Shown: positions 10,225-18,872, counted from the stretch's first letter. The stretch: 32,000 nt of DNA from Gemmata obscuriglobus (GCF_008065095.1 NZ_CP042911.1:3750001-3782000); one strand, 5' to 3'. A program made the numbers and translations. The notes: a model not told the origin generated them from the letters alone.

Positions 10225-12165
10225 TTAGCGCTTGGGGAGCGCGCCTGGAGTCGATCCGCTGTCGGTGCCACCTTTGGTTAGGTCCCACACCGTCACGGCT
10301 TCTTCGGCACCGGCCGATGCGATGCGATTCCCATCAGGGAAGACGCACAGCCGGGAGATGTCACCGTACCCCGTCAAGAACCGGCGCGCCAGGCGGCGAC
10401 GGGCCACGTCCCACACTTCGACGCCGCCGGCCGTGCCGCTCGTTCCGATAATCAACAGTCGGCTGTCCGTGCTGAACGCGACGTGCTGTGCGAGCCCTTC
10501 TTCGCTGTGCCGGTCCGTTTTGAACACCTCGGACCCATCCGCCACGCTGAAGATCGGCACTTGTGCGCGTGAAGCGGCCGTCACGAGCTTTCCGTCCGGG
10601 CTGAACGCGATCGTCGCGCGGAGCCCCCGGCCGACGCGGGCTTTCCACACTTCGTCAGCCGGGCGGCCCTTTCCGTTCACGGGCCAGAGCCGCAAGAAGC
10701 CGTCGCGGCCGAACTGCGCGAGCTTGGTTCCGTCCGGGCTGAACGCCAGTGCCAGAACGGAACTGGTCACCAGCGGCAACCGGGTCCGTTCGTCGCCCAT
10801 GAGATCGGCCAGGACGACCGCGCCCGACGAGTCCGCCCACGCGATGCGATGGCCGTCCGGTGCAACGGCGACGGCTCGCGCCTGCGCACTCTTGTCGAAG
10901 GCGCGTGTGGGCTTTGCCGCGAGCGGTTTCATGGGGTCGAATTCGGAGTACGCGACAACGCCTTCGGCAGTCGCGACCAAGAGCGTACTGCCGCCCACCG
11001 CCGCCGCGACCGCAGGGCCGGGCAGAACGCCACGCGCCTTCACCTCTTGGCGGCCGACGGGCCAGAGGAAAGCGGCATCATTGGAAAGCAGAAACAGTGA
11101 CTCACCGTCCGTTGTGCCGATCATGAGCGCCGGGGCCGGGAAGCGGTCGTTCTCGGCGTGGAGCTGTTTCCCGGACGGCAGATCCCAGAGCCGCACCCGC
11201 AACCCGCCGTTTCCGGTCGCGACCAGTTTCGAGCCATCGGGTGAAATTGCAACCGACCCTGCGGCGCCACGAATTTTCGCGGTGAACGCGTTCTTCGCTA
11301 AATCGTAGATGCCGGCATCGGTGCCGTTGCTCACCGCGAGCCGGTCGTTCGTGAGCCACGCGAGCGGTACGTTCATCTCGGGCACTTCGCTCACGAGCGC
11401 GGCACGGTCGGTGTAGACGCGTACCGTGTCGGTGCCGTCGGCGGCGCGCGACCCGACTGCAAGCCGCTTCCCGTCCGGGCTGTAGGACACCCCCCGTGCC
11501 CGATCTTTCCCAGCAAGGTGAAGCGTTCGCTTTCCGCCGGTAATCAGGTGCGCGGCAACGGTTCCGTCGTGGTTCCCAACCGCGATCGCTTTTCCGTCGG
11601 GTCTGAAGGCAAACACGTCGGTGCCAGTCAGTTCAAGCTTCGGGAGTTCCAGCTCCACTTCGGTGATGACGAGGTTGCCGCTCCCGTCGTTGGTTGCCAG
11701 CAGTTTGCCGTTAGCACTGAAGGCGAAGCGGTTTGTGCCCGTACACGCGACCGTGTCGATTTCACGAAGGGTCCCGGGGTCGAGAAGCCGGATCAAGTGT
11801 TCTGCCGTGTAGTGGACTGCGAGTTGCTTGCCGGACTTCGTGTACTGCACTGCCGACACACCGTAGCCCGTCTTTTGCGTCATCCGAACCATATCGCCGG
11901 TCGCTGCGGACCACACGCGGACCGTTCCGTCTTCACCACCGGTGACGAACGTCGAGCCGTCTGGCGCGAACGCAACGCAGGTCGGTCGTTCGGCGTGCCG
12001 GAGGCGCGTCTGGCCGAGGCGCGCGACCGCACCTTCCGGCAGTCCGGCACTGGAGGCCGGTTTCGGCGGCGGGGCGGTCGGCGGCTCGCCGGCGCTCGCG
12101 GCACGAGTGCAAACGTTAATAAGACGAACAGGCACAAGCGGGCGAGCATCACAAGCCCTCGACAA
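10225..12165 (-). CDS. WD40/beta-propeller repeat protein
   Basis: 646-aa ORF with many repeats of the type FSPDGK.LA.....G.V.LWD (for example VAFAPDGSTFVTGGEDGTVRVWS and CVFPDGNRIASAGAEEAVTVWDL). The start codon is uncertain (TTG at 12165); see the frameshift finding. Confidence 0.85.
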   Translation of the reverse strand: MSRACDARPLVPVRLINVCTRAASAGEPPTAPPPKPASSAGLPEGAVARLGQTRLRHAERPTCVAFAPDGSTFVTGGEDGTVRVWSAATGDMVRMTQKTGYGVSAVQYTKSGKQLAVHYTAEHLIRLLDPGTLREIDTVACTGTNRFAFSANGKLLATNDGSGNLVITEVELELPKLELTGTDVFAFRPDGKAIAVGNHDGTVAAHLITGGKRTLHLAGKDRARGVSYSPDGKRLAVGSRAADGTDTVRVYTDRAALVSEVPEMNVPLAWLTNDRLAVSNGTDAGIYDLAKNAFTAKIRGAAGSVAISPDGSKLVATGNGGLRVRLWDLPSGKQLHAENDRFPAPALMIGTTDGESLFLLSNDAAFLWPVGRQEVKARGVLPGPAVAAAVGGSTLLVATAEGVVAYSEFDPMKPLAAKPTRAFDKSAQARAVAVAPDGHRIAWADSSGAVVLADLMGDERTRLPLVTSSVLALAFSPDGTKLAQFGRDGFLRLWPVNGKGRPADEVWKARVGRGLRATIAFSPDGKLVTAASRAQVPIFSVADGSEVFKTDRHSEEGLAQHVAFSTDSRLLIIGTSGTAGGVEVWDVARRRLARRFLTGYGDISRLCVFPDGNRIASAGAEEAVTVWDLTKGGTDSGSTPGALPKR

Positions 12166-12553
12166 GGCACACGCGGCGCGGAGCAGTGTTGCAGATGAGA
12201 CGCGTTGCTCCCGCCGGTCTTACCGGAAATTCTCCATGATTTGGACCCCGTGATCTACCGCCGCGGGGTTGGAACCGGACCGAGCGGTCTCCTGTCCGCT
12301 CACTGGCGACGCTCAGTTGCAAGGCCGGCACATATGGCACTTCCAGACCCATTTTTGCTGCAAGGAACTTTCCGCAGTCCGCAGGCGACGCTTTGGGAGC
12401 GGTTGGACGTGCTTCTCAGCCGAGTCGTGGGACTCGTAAACGCGAATCGCTGCTGTTCTAAAACATTAAATCGCAACAGTTTGTGGGTTTTCAGTCGTGA
12501 AAGATCCAGCCGGCTTGAGGACCGCAAATCTGGGCCGATGCGTGTGATTCGTG

Positions 12554-12619
12554 GGTAGCAACAACCCAGCGGGTTGGTAGCGAATCGCCAGTCCGGTGGT
12601 AGCAAACGTCCAGTCGGCG
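12554..12619. repeat. three tandem 22-bp units GGTAGCrAAnnnCCAGnnnG
   Basis: Units are 12554-12575 GGTAGCAACAACCCAGCGGGTT, 12576-12597 GGTAGCGAATCGCCAGTCCGGT and 12598-12619 GGTAGCAAACGTCCAGTCGGCG. Twelve of the 22 positions are invariant. Confidence 0.7.
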
Positions 12620-12787
12620 CCCCGTTCGTGACCGCTGTGCGTGGGGCCGGGCGTCCGTGTGTGGTGAAACGTTGATGGGTGTGGGTGCCGCTGAGTCACG
12701 ATCTATTCTGCGCAACGTTCTCGTGCGCGGGTGGGTGAATCGCCGAGAAGTTCGCCCGGCGCACCGGTCCGGACGGAACGAAATGAA

Positions 12788-12818
12788 CCCGGGCCGCGCA
12801 CCGGGTGCGCGGCTCGGG
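12788..12818 (-). terminator. hairpin just downstream of the isomerase gene (CCCGGGCCGCGCAC CGG GTGCGCGGCTCGGG)
   Basis: Inverted repeat read directly, about 25 nt after the stop at 12841 on the minus strand. Confidence 0.4.
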
Positions 12819-12840
12819 ACGGTACGTTCTCGCAACGGTT

Positions 12841-13602
12841 TTACACCAGCGATTCGAGCAGGTACTTGAGCTTCCGCACCTCGGGCACGATCGGGAACGG
12901 GCTGTCCGGTATGTCGCGGACGTCCACCGTCAGAGCCCGGTCGTAGCGGCAGCGGTCGAGTTGCGTGAGCAGCCGCCCGAACTCCATCTCCCCCTGGCCG
13001 ATCCGCACCTGGAACTGGTCCGTGCCGGTCCCCGTGTCGCGCAGCCGGACGTGCCGGACGAACTTCAGCAGGCACTCGTAGTCGGCACTCGCGTGCGGAC
13101 CGGAGTGGTAGTGACTCGGGTCCAGCGTCAGCGCGAGTCCGGGCACCCGGCGGCACAACTCCGCCGCCCCCTGCGGGTCTGCGGTCACGGTTTGGGCGTG
13201 CGTCTCCACCGACAGGATGACGCCTTCCGCTTCGGCGATCCGGACCCAGTCTTGCAGCCGGGCCACTTCGGCGTCGAGGTCGCTCCCGATCGGCGCCGCG
13301 GGGACCGTGAGAAGCGGAACGGTGCAGACGCGGGCCAGCCGGCACACGGCCTGAAACTCTTTGCGCGCGCCGACCGTGTCGGTCGCGCTGGTGATCAGGT
13401 GAATCGACGCGAGGGGGAGGTTCGTGGCTTTCAAGCGCTGCACGCACCGCCCCAGGTCCGCAACCACCTCCGCCGGAGTGAGGTGCGGGCCGCCTTCGTG
13501 AATCGCCAAATCGGCTTTCGTGAACCGCATCTCGCGGACGGTGCGGAGGGCATCCTCCAGCGACACCTTGCTGAAGCTGAGCGTCGAGCAGGCAACGTAC
13601 AC
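12841..13602 (-). CDS. sugar phosphate isomerase/epimerase (xylose isomerase-like TIM barrel family)
   Basis: GTG at 13602 is preceded by GGGGAGGAGACACC. The sequence VYVACSTLSFSKVSLEDALRTVREMRFTKADLAIHEGGPHL...ILSVETHAQT...LTLDPSHY is typical of the AP_endonuc_2/TIM-barrel family. The longer track ORF (to 13701) has an Arg-rich, non-coding-like N-terminus. Confidence 0.85.
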   Translation of the reverse strand: MYVACSTLSFSKVSLEDALRTVREMRFTKADLAIHEGGPHLTPAEVVADLGRCVQRLKATNLPLASIHLITSATDTVGARKEFQAVCRLARVCTVPLLTVPAAPIGSDLDAEVARLQDWVRIAEAEGVILSVETHAQTVTADPQGAAELCRRVPGLALTLDPSHYHSGPHASADYECLLKFVRHVRLRDTGTGTDQFQVRIGQGEMEFGRLLTQLDRCRYDRALTVDVRDIPDSPFPIVPEVRKLKYLLESLV

Positions 13603-13840
13603 GGTGTCTCCTCCCCAGCGCGCACGCGGCCGCCGAACGGCCTCCGGACGCGCTCCCCCAATCCTTCCGACCGTGTGGTATCGACCCCCGTCGGCACTCA
13701 CACGGCTCCCCCCCGGGACGGATCAAATAGCAGCCGGTCCCCGCGCATGCAAGAAAAAATTAGAGGCGAATTCGGCTTGTTACTAAAGCCGGGCGCGGCT
13801 ACCAACCGCGCAGCTTGCGCACTCCCCGAAGGAACCGTTG

Positions 13841-14161
13841 ATGACCCCGTTGCCGCTCGCCGAGTGGACCGTCGCACTCGACCGCATGGACGCCGCGCTG
13901 GCGGCCGCGACCCAGGCCATCGAGCGGCGCGACGAGCGGCTCGAACGGGCCGTGGCGCCGTCCGCCGGGGAAGGGGAGTTGCCCGCCCTCGACCGGATCG
14001 ACGCCCGCCTGGCGGACTGGGAGCCGCGGCTCCGGGCGGCCGAAGAGTTGGTGGCGTCAGTCGAGCGCGAACTGGCCGATCGCGCGACGGCGGCGGGGGC
14101 GTGGCGTGCGCTGTTCGCGGACTGGGAGCAACTGCTAAAACGAGGGAGCGTCGCGCCCTGA
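13841..14161 (+). CDS. hypothetical helical protein (106 aa)
   Basis: ATG at 13841 has GAAGGAA upstream. Strong G/C third-position bias. The sequence is Ala/Glu/Arg-rich and helical. No family recognised. Confidence 0.55.
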   Translation: MTPLPLAEWTVALDRMDAALAAATQAIERRDERLERAVAPSAGEGELPALDRIDARLADWEPRLRAAEELVASVERELADRATAAGAWRALFADWEQLLKRGSVAP

Positions 14162-14322
14162 TACATGAACCCGTCTGCGGTGTCGCTTTCTGACGCGCCG
14201 CGACCGCTCGGAAGCGGTGACACGTATACCGCCCCCGGGCGGTCGCGCCGCGTCAAGAAATGCGACACGACCACCGGTCACGTGTGCGAGAACGGGGGGC
14301 GTTTTGCGGCCCGCACGCTTCG

Positions 14323-14419
14323 GAAGGCCGTTTTTGACAGGATCGACAGGATGAACAGGATGAAGACTGATCAATTTTAAATCCTGTTTATCCTGTCGAT
14401 CCTGTCAAAAACGGCCTTC
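14323..14419. repeat. 97-bp near-perfect palindromic element, copy 1 (arms contain 3 x 9-bp GACAGGATn units, centre TGATCA)
   Basis: GAAGGCCGTTTTTGACAGGATCGACAGGATGAACAGGAT-GAAGACTGATCAATTTTAA-ATCCTGTTTATCCTGTCGATCCTGTCAAAAACGGCCTTC, read directly. Confidence 0.9.
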
Positions 14420-14531
14420 GCATTCCTACCGCGCGTTCGTATCCCGCTCCCGAGGGTTCGCGGCCCCGCTAAGAAAGCAGCAATATTACCGGGTACGTGT
14501 ATGCTGTCGGGCGCGTCGGGAGGGAGCAAGC

Positions 14532-15278
14532 GTGTCGCAGTTCGCGGTTATTATTCCGGCGGCGGGTCAGTCGTCGCGGTTCGGCGGCGCCGAGAAGAAG
14601 CCGTTCGTCGCTCTGGACGGGCGCCCCGTGTGGCTGCGCTCCGCGGAGACGTTCTGGGGCCGCGATGACGTGAGCAAGGTGTACATCGTCGTCGCCCCCG
14701 CGGACCGCGACGACTTCCGTGCGCGATTCGGCCACCACCTCGCGTTTACGAATGCGGAACTGGTCGAAGGCGGTTCGGAGCGGTTCGAGTCGGTCGCGAA
14801 CGCGCTGGCTCGGGTGCCGGAGAGTGTCCCTCTCGTGGCGGTTCACGACGCGGTCCGCCCGCTCGTCACGCCCGCGCTCATCAACGCCGTGGTGCAGTCC
14901 GCGACCGAGCACGGGGCCGCGATGCTGGCGGTCCCCGTTGCCGACACGCTGAAGCAGGTGGAACCCGAAACGAACCGCATCACCGGTACGGTCCCGCGAG
15001 CGGGTGTGTGGCAAGCGCAGACCCCGCAGGTGTTCCGGCGGGACTGGCTCGCCGAAGCCTACGCGGCCCGGGGGCGGTTGACGGTTCCCATTACCGATGA
15101 CGCGCAGCTAATTGAAGCGCTGGGGCACTCCGTCGTGGTGGTGCCCGGTTCGCCGCTGAACTTCAAGATCACCACACGGGACGACTTGGAACTCGCGGAC
15201 GCCGTACTGAAGGCCCGCGCCGCCCGTCGCGAAGAGGACAAGCCGTCGCGGCGCCCGTTTGACGACGAGATGCAGTAG
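14532..15278 (+). CDS. ispD: 2-C-methyl-D-erythritol 4-phosphate cytidylyltransferase
   Basis: GTG start is preceded by GGGAGGGAG. FAVIIPAAGQSSRFGG..KKPF and VAVHDAVRPLV, TLK and QTPQVF are the IspD signature blocks. Confidence 0.95.
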   Translation: MSQFAVIIPAAGQSSRFGGAEKKPFVALDGRPVWLRSAETFWGRDDVSKVYIVVAPADRDDFRARFGHHLAFTNAELVEGGSERFESVANALARVPESVPLVAVHDAVRPLVTPALINAVVQSATEHGAAMLAVPVADTLKQVEPETNRITGTVPRAGVWQAQTPQVFRRDWLAEAYAARGRLTVPITDDAQLIEALGHSVVVVPGSPLNFKITTRDDLELADAVLKARAARREEDKPSRRPFDDEMQ

Positions 15279-15377
15279 TAGCGTTAGAGTTGGTGGCAGA
15301 ATGATCCCCGCTCGGGGTGGCATTGCGGCCACCGAGGCGAGGCCGGCGCGCACCAACACGCGATGGTGGAGTTCAGA

Positions 15378-15463
15378 CGATTTTGACAGGATCAACAGGA
15401 TAGACAGGATTTAGAGTTGATCGGTCTTCATCCGGTGAATCCTGTCGATCCTGTCAAAATCGT
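15378..15463. repeat. 86-bp palindromic element, copy 2 (same family as 14323-14419, opposite orientation)
   Basis: Its reverse complement aligns with copy 1 at roughly 90 percent identity over about 80 bp, including the asymmetric centre GAAGACyGATCAAyTyTAA. Confidence 0.9.
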
Positions 15464-15551
15464 TTTCGTAAGTACGAAGCCCATGTGGGCCGGAACGAAG
15501 CCGTGGCCGGCCGCCCATTCTGCCACCGGTTCTTATGGCTTCTTCGGAGCG

Positions 15552-16253
15552 TCACGCCGCGCCGACGCCCGGCCGGGGGGCAAGCGCCTTTTGAAGCGGA
15601 CAGTTTTCGGGCGCGGATTCGCCGCGCCGGTAACGTGTGAGCAACTCCTGCGACCGCCGCGCGAGCATACGCCGGACCTCCCGGCGCTTGCCCTTCACGC
15701 GCGGAATCACCATCGAATCGTAGCCGGTCGTTTGGTGTCGCATCCAGGCGATCACGGCCGCCTCGGCTCGCTGCTCAACGGGAATCCGTTTCGTCCGTGC
15801 GACGGTGCCGCTGCCCACCGGTGTGGCGTGCGTGGTGACGGCCAGCGCGAGCCGCTGCGCCAGGTCGGCGTAGGTCGCGTGGAACGCAAGGAAGTCGCGT
15901 ACCGCGGTGGCGAACTCGTCGACGTAGGCCGTTTGCGTCCGCTCGCGCCGATCGGCGTCGGCCTGGCGCCGCTTGGCGTGCGCCTCGGTTGCGCGTTCCG
16001 CTTCCAGGTCGCCGCGGATTTGTTCAACGGTTGCGGCGGGCGCCCACGTGCCGCGCGAGAAGGTTTTGCGCCCGCGCTTCTCGGCAACGGACCAGCTCTC
16101 CCCCGCCGCACGTATGCGGCGGGTCAAGGCGGCATCACCGGGCGGAACCAGCACCCAGCCCGCGGGTACCGTGCGGACGGTGCCGTCGGCGGCGCGAACG
16201 GTATCGGGCTTCGGTCCCGGGGTGAACGTTACCACTGTGTTTTCCGTAGGCAT
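15552..16253 (-). CDS. DUF2293 domain-containing protein
   Basis: ATG at 16253 is preceded by AGGAGGG. The C-terminal part RIPVEQRAEAAVIAWMRHQTTGYDSMVIPRVKGKRREVRRML resembles the DUF2293 family as I recall it. Confidence 0.7.
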   Translation of the reverse strand: MPTENTVVTFTPGPKPDTVRAADGTVRTVPAGWVLVPPGDAALTRRIRAAGESWSVAEKRGRKTFSRGTWAPAATVEQIRGDLEAERATEAHAKRRQADADRRERTQTAYVDEFATAVRDFLAFHATYADLAQRLALAVTTHATPVGSGTVARTKRIPVEQRAEAAVIAWMRHQTTGYDSMVIPRVKGKRREVRRMLARRSQELLTRYRRGESAPENCPLQKALAPRPGVGAA

Positions 16254-16597
16254 GGCCCTCCTATCGGCAGATGGCGGGGCGTCCTTCAACTCCGCTGCGG
16301 TGTCCGCGCGGGTCCGCAACCTCATCGTAACGAACGGGCAAAGAGTGCCGATTGTTGCCGCCGAGAAAAAAATCGAAGAGGGCTTCGCGCGACATTCGGA
16401 GGGTGTATTATGCTGTTGGCTCGACGGGTCGCGTGTCCGTGACGCGACAAACTGAAGGCCGAAGGCGTCGCTTGGTCGCGGCGCCTGAGGTGTGGCTTTG
16501 TTGAAAGGAGGTGGTCCCGTGCCTAGTGACCATAGTTCGAAGGGCCGGCTGTCTTAACGGCCGCTACGGGTGGACGTAAGCCGGCCGCCCGACCGAA

Positions 16598-16621
16598 CCC
16601 CCGAGCGTATCTACTCGGGGG
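16598..16621 (+). terminator. hairpin CCCCCGAG-cgtatcta-CTCGGGGG followed by TTCACTAATTT, at the G+C drop
   Basis: Read directly. It lies in a divergent intergenic region, so it does not terminate an annotated gene. Confidence 0.35.
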
Positions 16622-16934
16622 TTCACTAATTTATGAGGCTCACGCGACTGTTGTTTGTGCGAGTTGTGTCGCATTCTCGATTCTGAACGCAATACGTCAT
16701 TTCGTCACATCTATTAACCCATCGCTTTTAACTCGACTGATCTGACACAAACACATCCTGTAGCAAGTTTCAATTTATCCGCGCGGAAACCGCAGACCAA
16801 CATCATTCCATAAGCCTGTTGGTAACGTAACGATCAATATTAGCGGATTTCGAGACGCTGGCACGAAACAAGCAGATCTTGAGTTTTGGGCGTGGCTCAT
16901 TCGTTCAGGCTTCGTACCGCGGAGCAGAATCTCA

Positions 16935-18104
16935 ATGCCGAAACGGTACCTCATCCTCGCGTGCGACGGCGGGGGCATGCGGGGCTATCTGACCGCCCGG
17001 CTGATTCAAGAACTCGACGCCGCCCTTGGCGGTGCGCTCTTGCGCCGCGTCGACCTCTTCGCCGGTACTTCGACCGGAGGGTTACTCGCGCTCGGGCTTG
17101 CCGCCCGAAAGCCTGAGCAAGGGGCCGCGGCGCTCAAGGATCTAGTTCGCCTGTACAAGGTGCAGGGAGCCAGCGCCTTCAAATCGGTGCGGCCCGAAGA
17201 ACTGGTGGGCCGGTTAAAACTCGAACTGGGCGTGGCGGGGTTCACCGTGAAAGTGGACCTCGCGGGCGTTCTGGAACAAGGGCTCGACGCCCTTCAGAGC
17301 CAGCTCGATGTGAGTCCCAAGGGGCTGAACCGGGCGCAGCTCGGTGCGTTTCTCGGGGCGCGGTACTCGAACGACGACCCCGGTGCCGGGCTGCAAAAGC
17401 TGGTGAAAGCGTTCGTCGGCACCGATACGCGGTTGTCGCTGTTGCCGCGGAACGTGCTGGTCACGACGTTGCGGTTGGACGGCCCCGACGGCTGGCAGCC
17501 GCTGACGCTGCACAACCTTCCTGTACCGAAAGGCGCTGCCGGTGCGGCGCCGGTTGTAGACTCGCACCTGCTCGACGCGGCGATGGCCACGACCGCCGCG
17601 CCCACCTACTTCGCCCCGTGGAAGCACACCGAACTCGGCTACTGTGTTGACGGCGGGGTGTTCGCGAACAACCCGGCGGCGCTGGCCCTCTCGGCGGCGC
17701 TCGCGGCCCGACACGATTTGCAATCGATTTCGGTGCTGTCGGTCGGAACGGGTGGGGTGTTGAACCGATACCCGATTGAGAAATTGAAGGTTCCACCGCC
17801 CAACATGGGCATCTTGGCGTGGATGTGGCCGGCGGCCGTGAAGTCGTTCGACACGCCCGAAATGCCGCTGCTCAACGCGATGCTGGACGGCACCGCCGCC
17901 GCCGACGAACTGGTTTGCCGCGGGATGCTGGGCAACCGGTACCGGCGTCTTCAGCCGCGGCTGCCGGAGGTCATCGCAATGGACGAGGCCGACGCCCCGG
18001 ACCGGCTGGAAAAGGTGGCCACCGCGTTCACCACCGACCCGCGTGCCCGAGACGAGTGGAAGAAGACGGTGGAATGGGTCCGTGAGCAAATCGAAGAGGC
18101 GTAA
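16935..18104 (+). CDS. patatin-like phospholipase
   Basis: The oxyanion motif DGGGMRG (res 11-17), nucleophile elbow GTSTG (Ser46) and catalytic Asp motif VDGGVFANNP are all present in the expected order. Length is 389 aa. Confidence 0.9.
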   Translation: MPKRYLILACDGGGMRGYLTARLIQELDAALGGALLRRVDLFAGTSTGGLLALGLAARKPEQGAAALKDLVRLYKVQGASAFKSVRPEELVGRLKLELGVAGFTVKVDLAGVLEQGLDALQSQLDVSPKGLNRAQLGAFLGARYSNDDPGAGLQKLVKAFVGTDTRLSLLPRNVLVTTLRLDGPDGWQPLTLHNLPVPKGAAGAAPVVDSHLLDAAMATTAAPTYFAPWKHTELGYCVDGGVFANNPAALALSAALAARHDLQSISVLSVGTGGVLNRYPIEKLKVPPPNMGILAWMWPAAVKSFDTPEMPLLNAMLDGTAAADELVCRGMLGNRYRRLQPRLPEVIAMDEADAPDRLEKVATAFTTDPRARDEWKKTVEWVREQIEEA

Positions 18105-18830
18105 CCGGTCCATCGCTAACCAAGCACTCGTTCGCGAGTTATGAATACGCTTGTCCATTTTATGTTATATCTTCCAGTATAATTAAACGGCGAAATGTTA
18201 GTTCGCCAAGTCCCCGTTCATCTCGGTAGGCCCACTTAGCCGCCGTTCGACGCGGAAGGCTCGTTCTGCCCGCACCTACCGCAATCCCCGCAGGAGCGAG
18301 GTGGGCCTGCGGAGATCACCAGATCGGTGGCTTGATGCCCTGCCTACGCACCGTGAACCCCGTGCCTCTACCACAGGTACGCTTTGGCCAGTCGCTTCAG
18401 CATGAGTTTCCTCAATCACAGTGCCCGCGGTCGAACAATAGAGTCGCTGCACAATAGTCCCAGTTTCGCGCGCAACTGCTTTCGAATCTTGATCTTATGG
18501 CAAGAATCGGGCCGAGATGCAAAAGCTACATTAACGTCTGACGGCTCAATGGTTTAAAGCAAAGCCTAAGCTATTGTGCAACGACTCTAATGCGTAATAG
18601 TGCTGACCGTCGTCGTGGCCCCACTCCGTCGTTCGACGTCTTGCAAGGAACGGTGTTGAGGCTGATTTGCGGAGAGCGGGGTTGAGAATAGACCCTGTTC
18701 ACCACAACGATAAGAACCGCACTCAAACTCTTTCATAGCAAAGACTTGCATCTGAAGTCGCATGTTCGACATAAACCCATTGCTGATGGGGGTGGGCGCT
18801 TATCTTGAACAGGGCCTAATAGGCAGTCAC

Positions 18831-18851
18831 GTCGAGGTGAAACGCCTCGAC
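18831..18851 (-). terminator. hairpin GTCGAGG-7 nt-CCTCGAC about 20 nt downstream of the 97-aa gene
   Basis: Inverted repeat read directly. Confidence 0.35.
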
Positions 18852-18872
18852 GCAGCTCGGCGACTCTCGCGA

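Noticed and set aside
12205-12605. ORFs 12205..12558(+) and 12300..12605(-) in the WD40/isomerase spacer
   Set aside because: There is no RBS, no third-position G+C bias, and the Arg/Ser/Leu-rich translations have no recognisable motif. I treated the region as non-coding (see the 22-bp repeat finding).
14323-15463. CRISPR array interpretation of the GACAGGAT-containing repeats
   Set aside because: There are only two copies about 1 kb apart. Each is a long self-complementary palindrome, a housekeeping gene lies between them, and there is no regular repeat-spacer periodicity.
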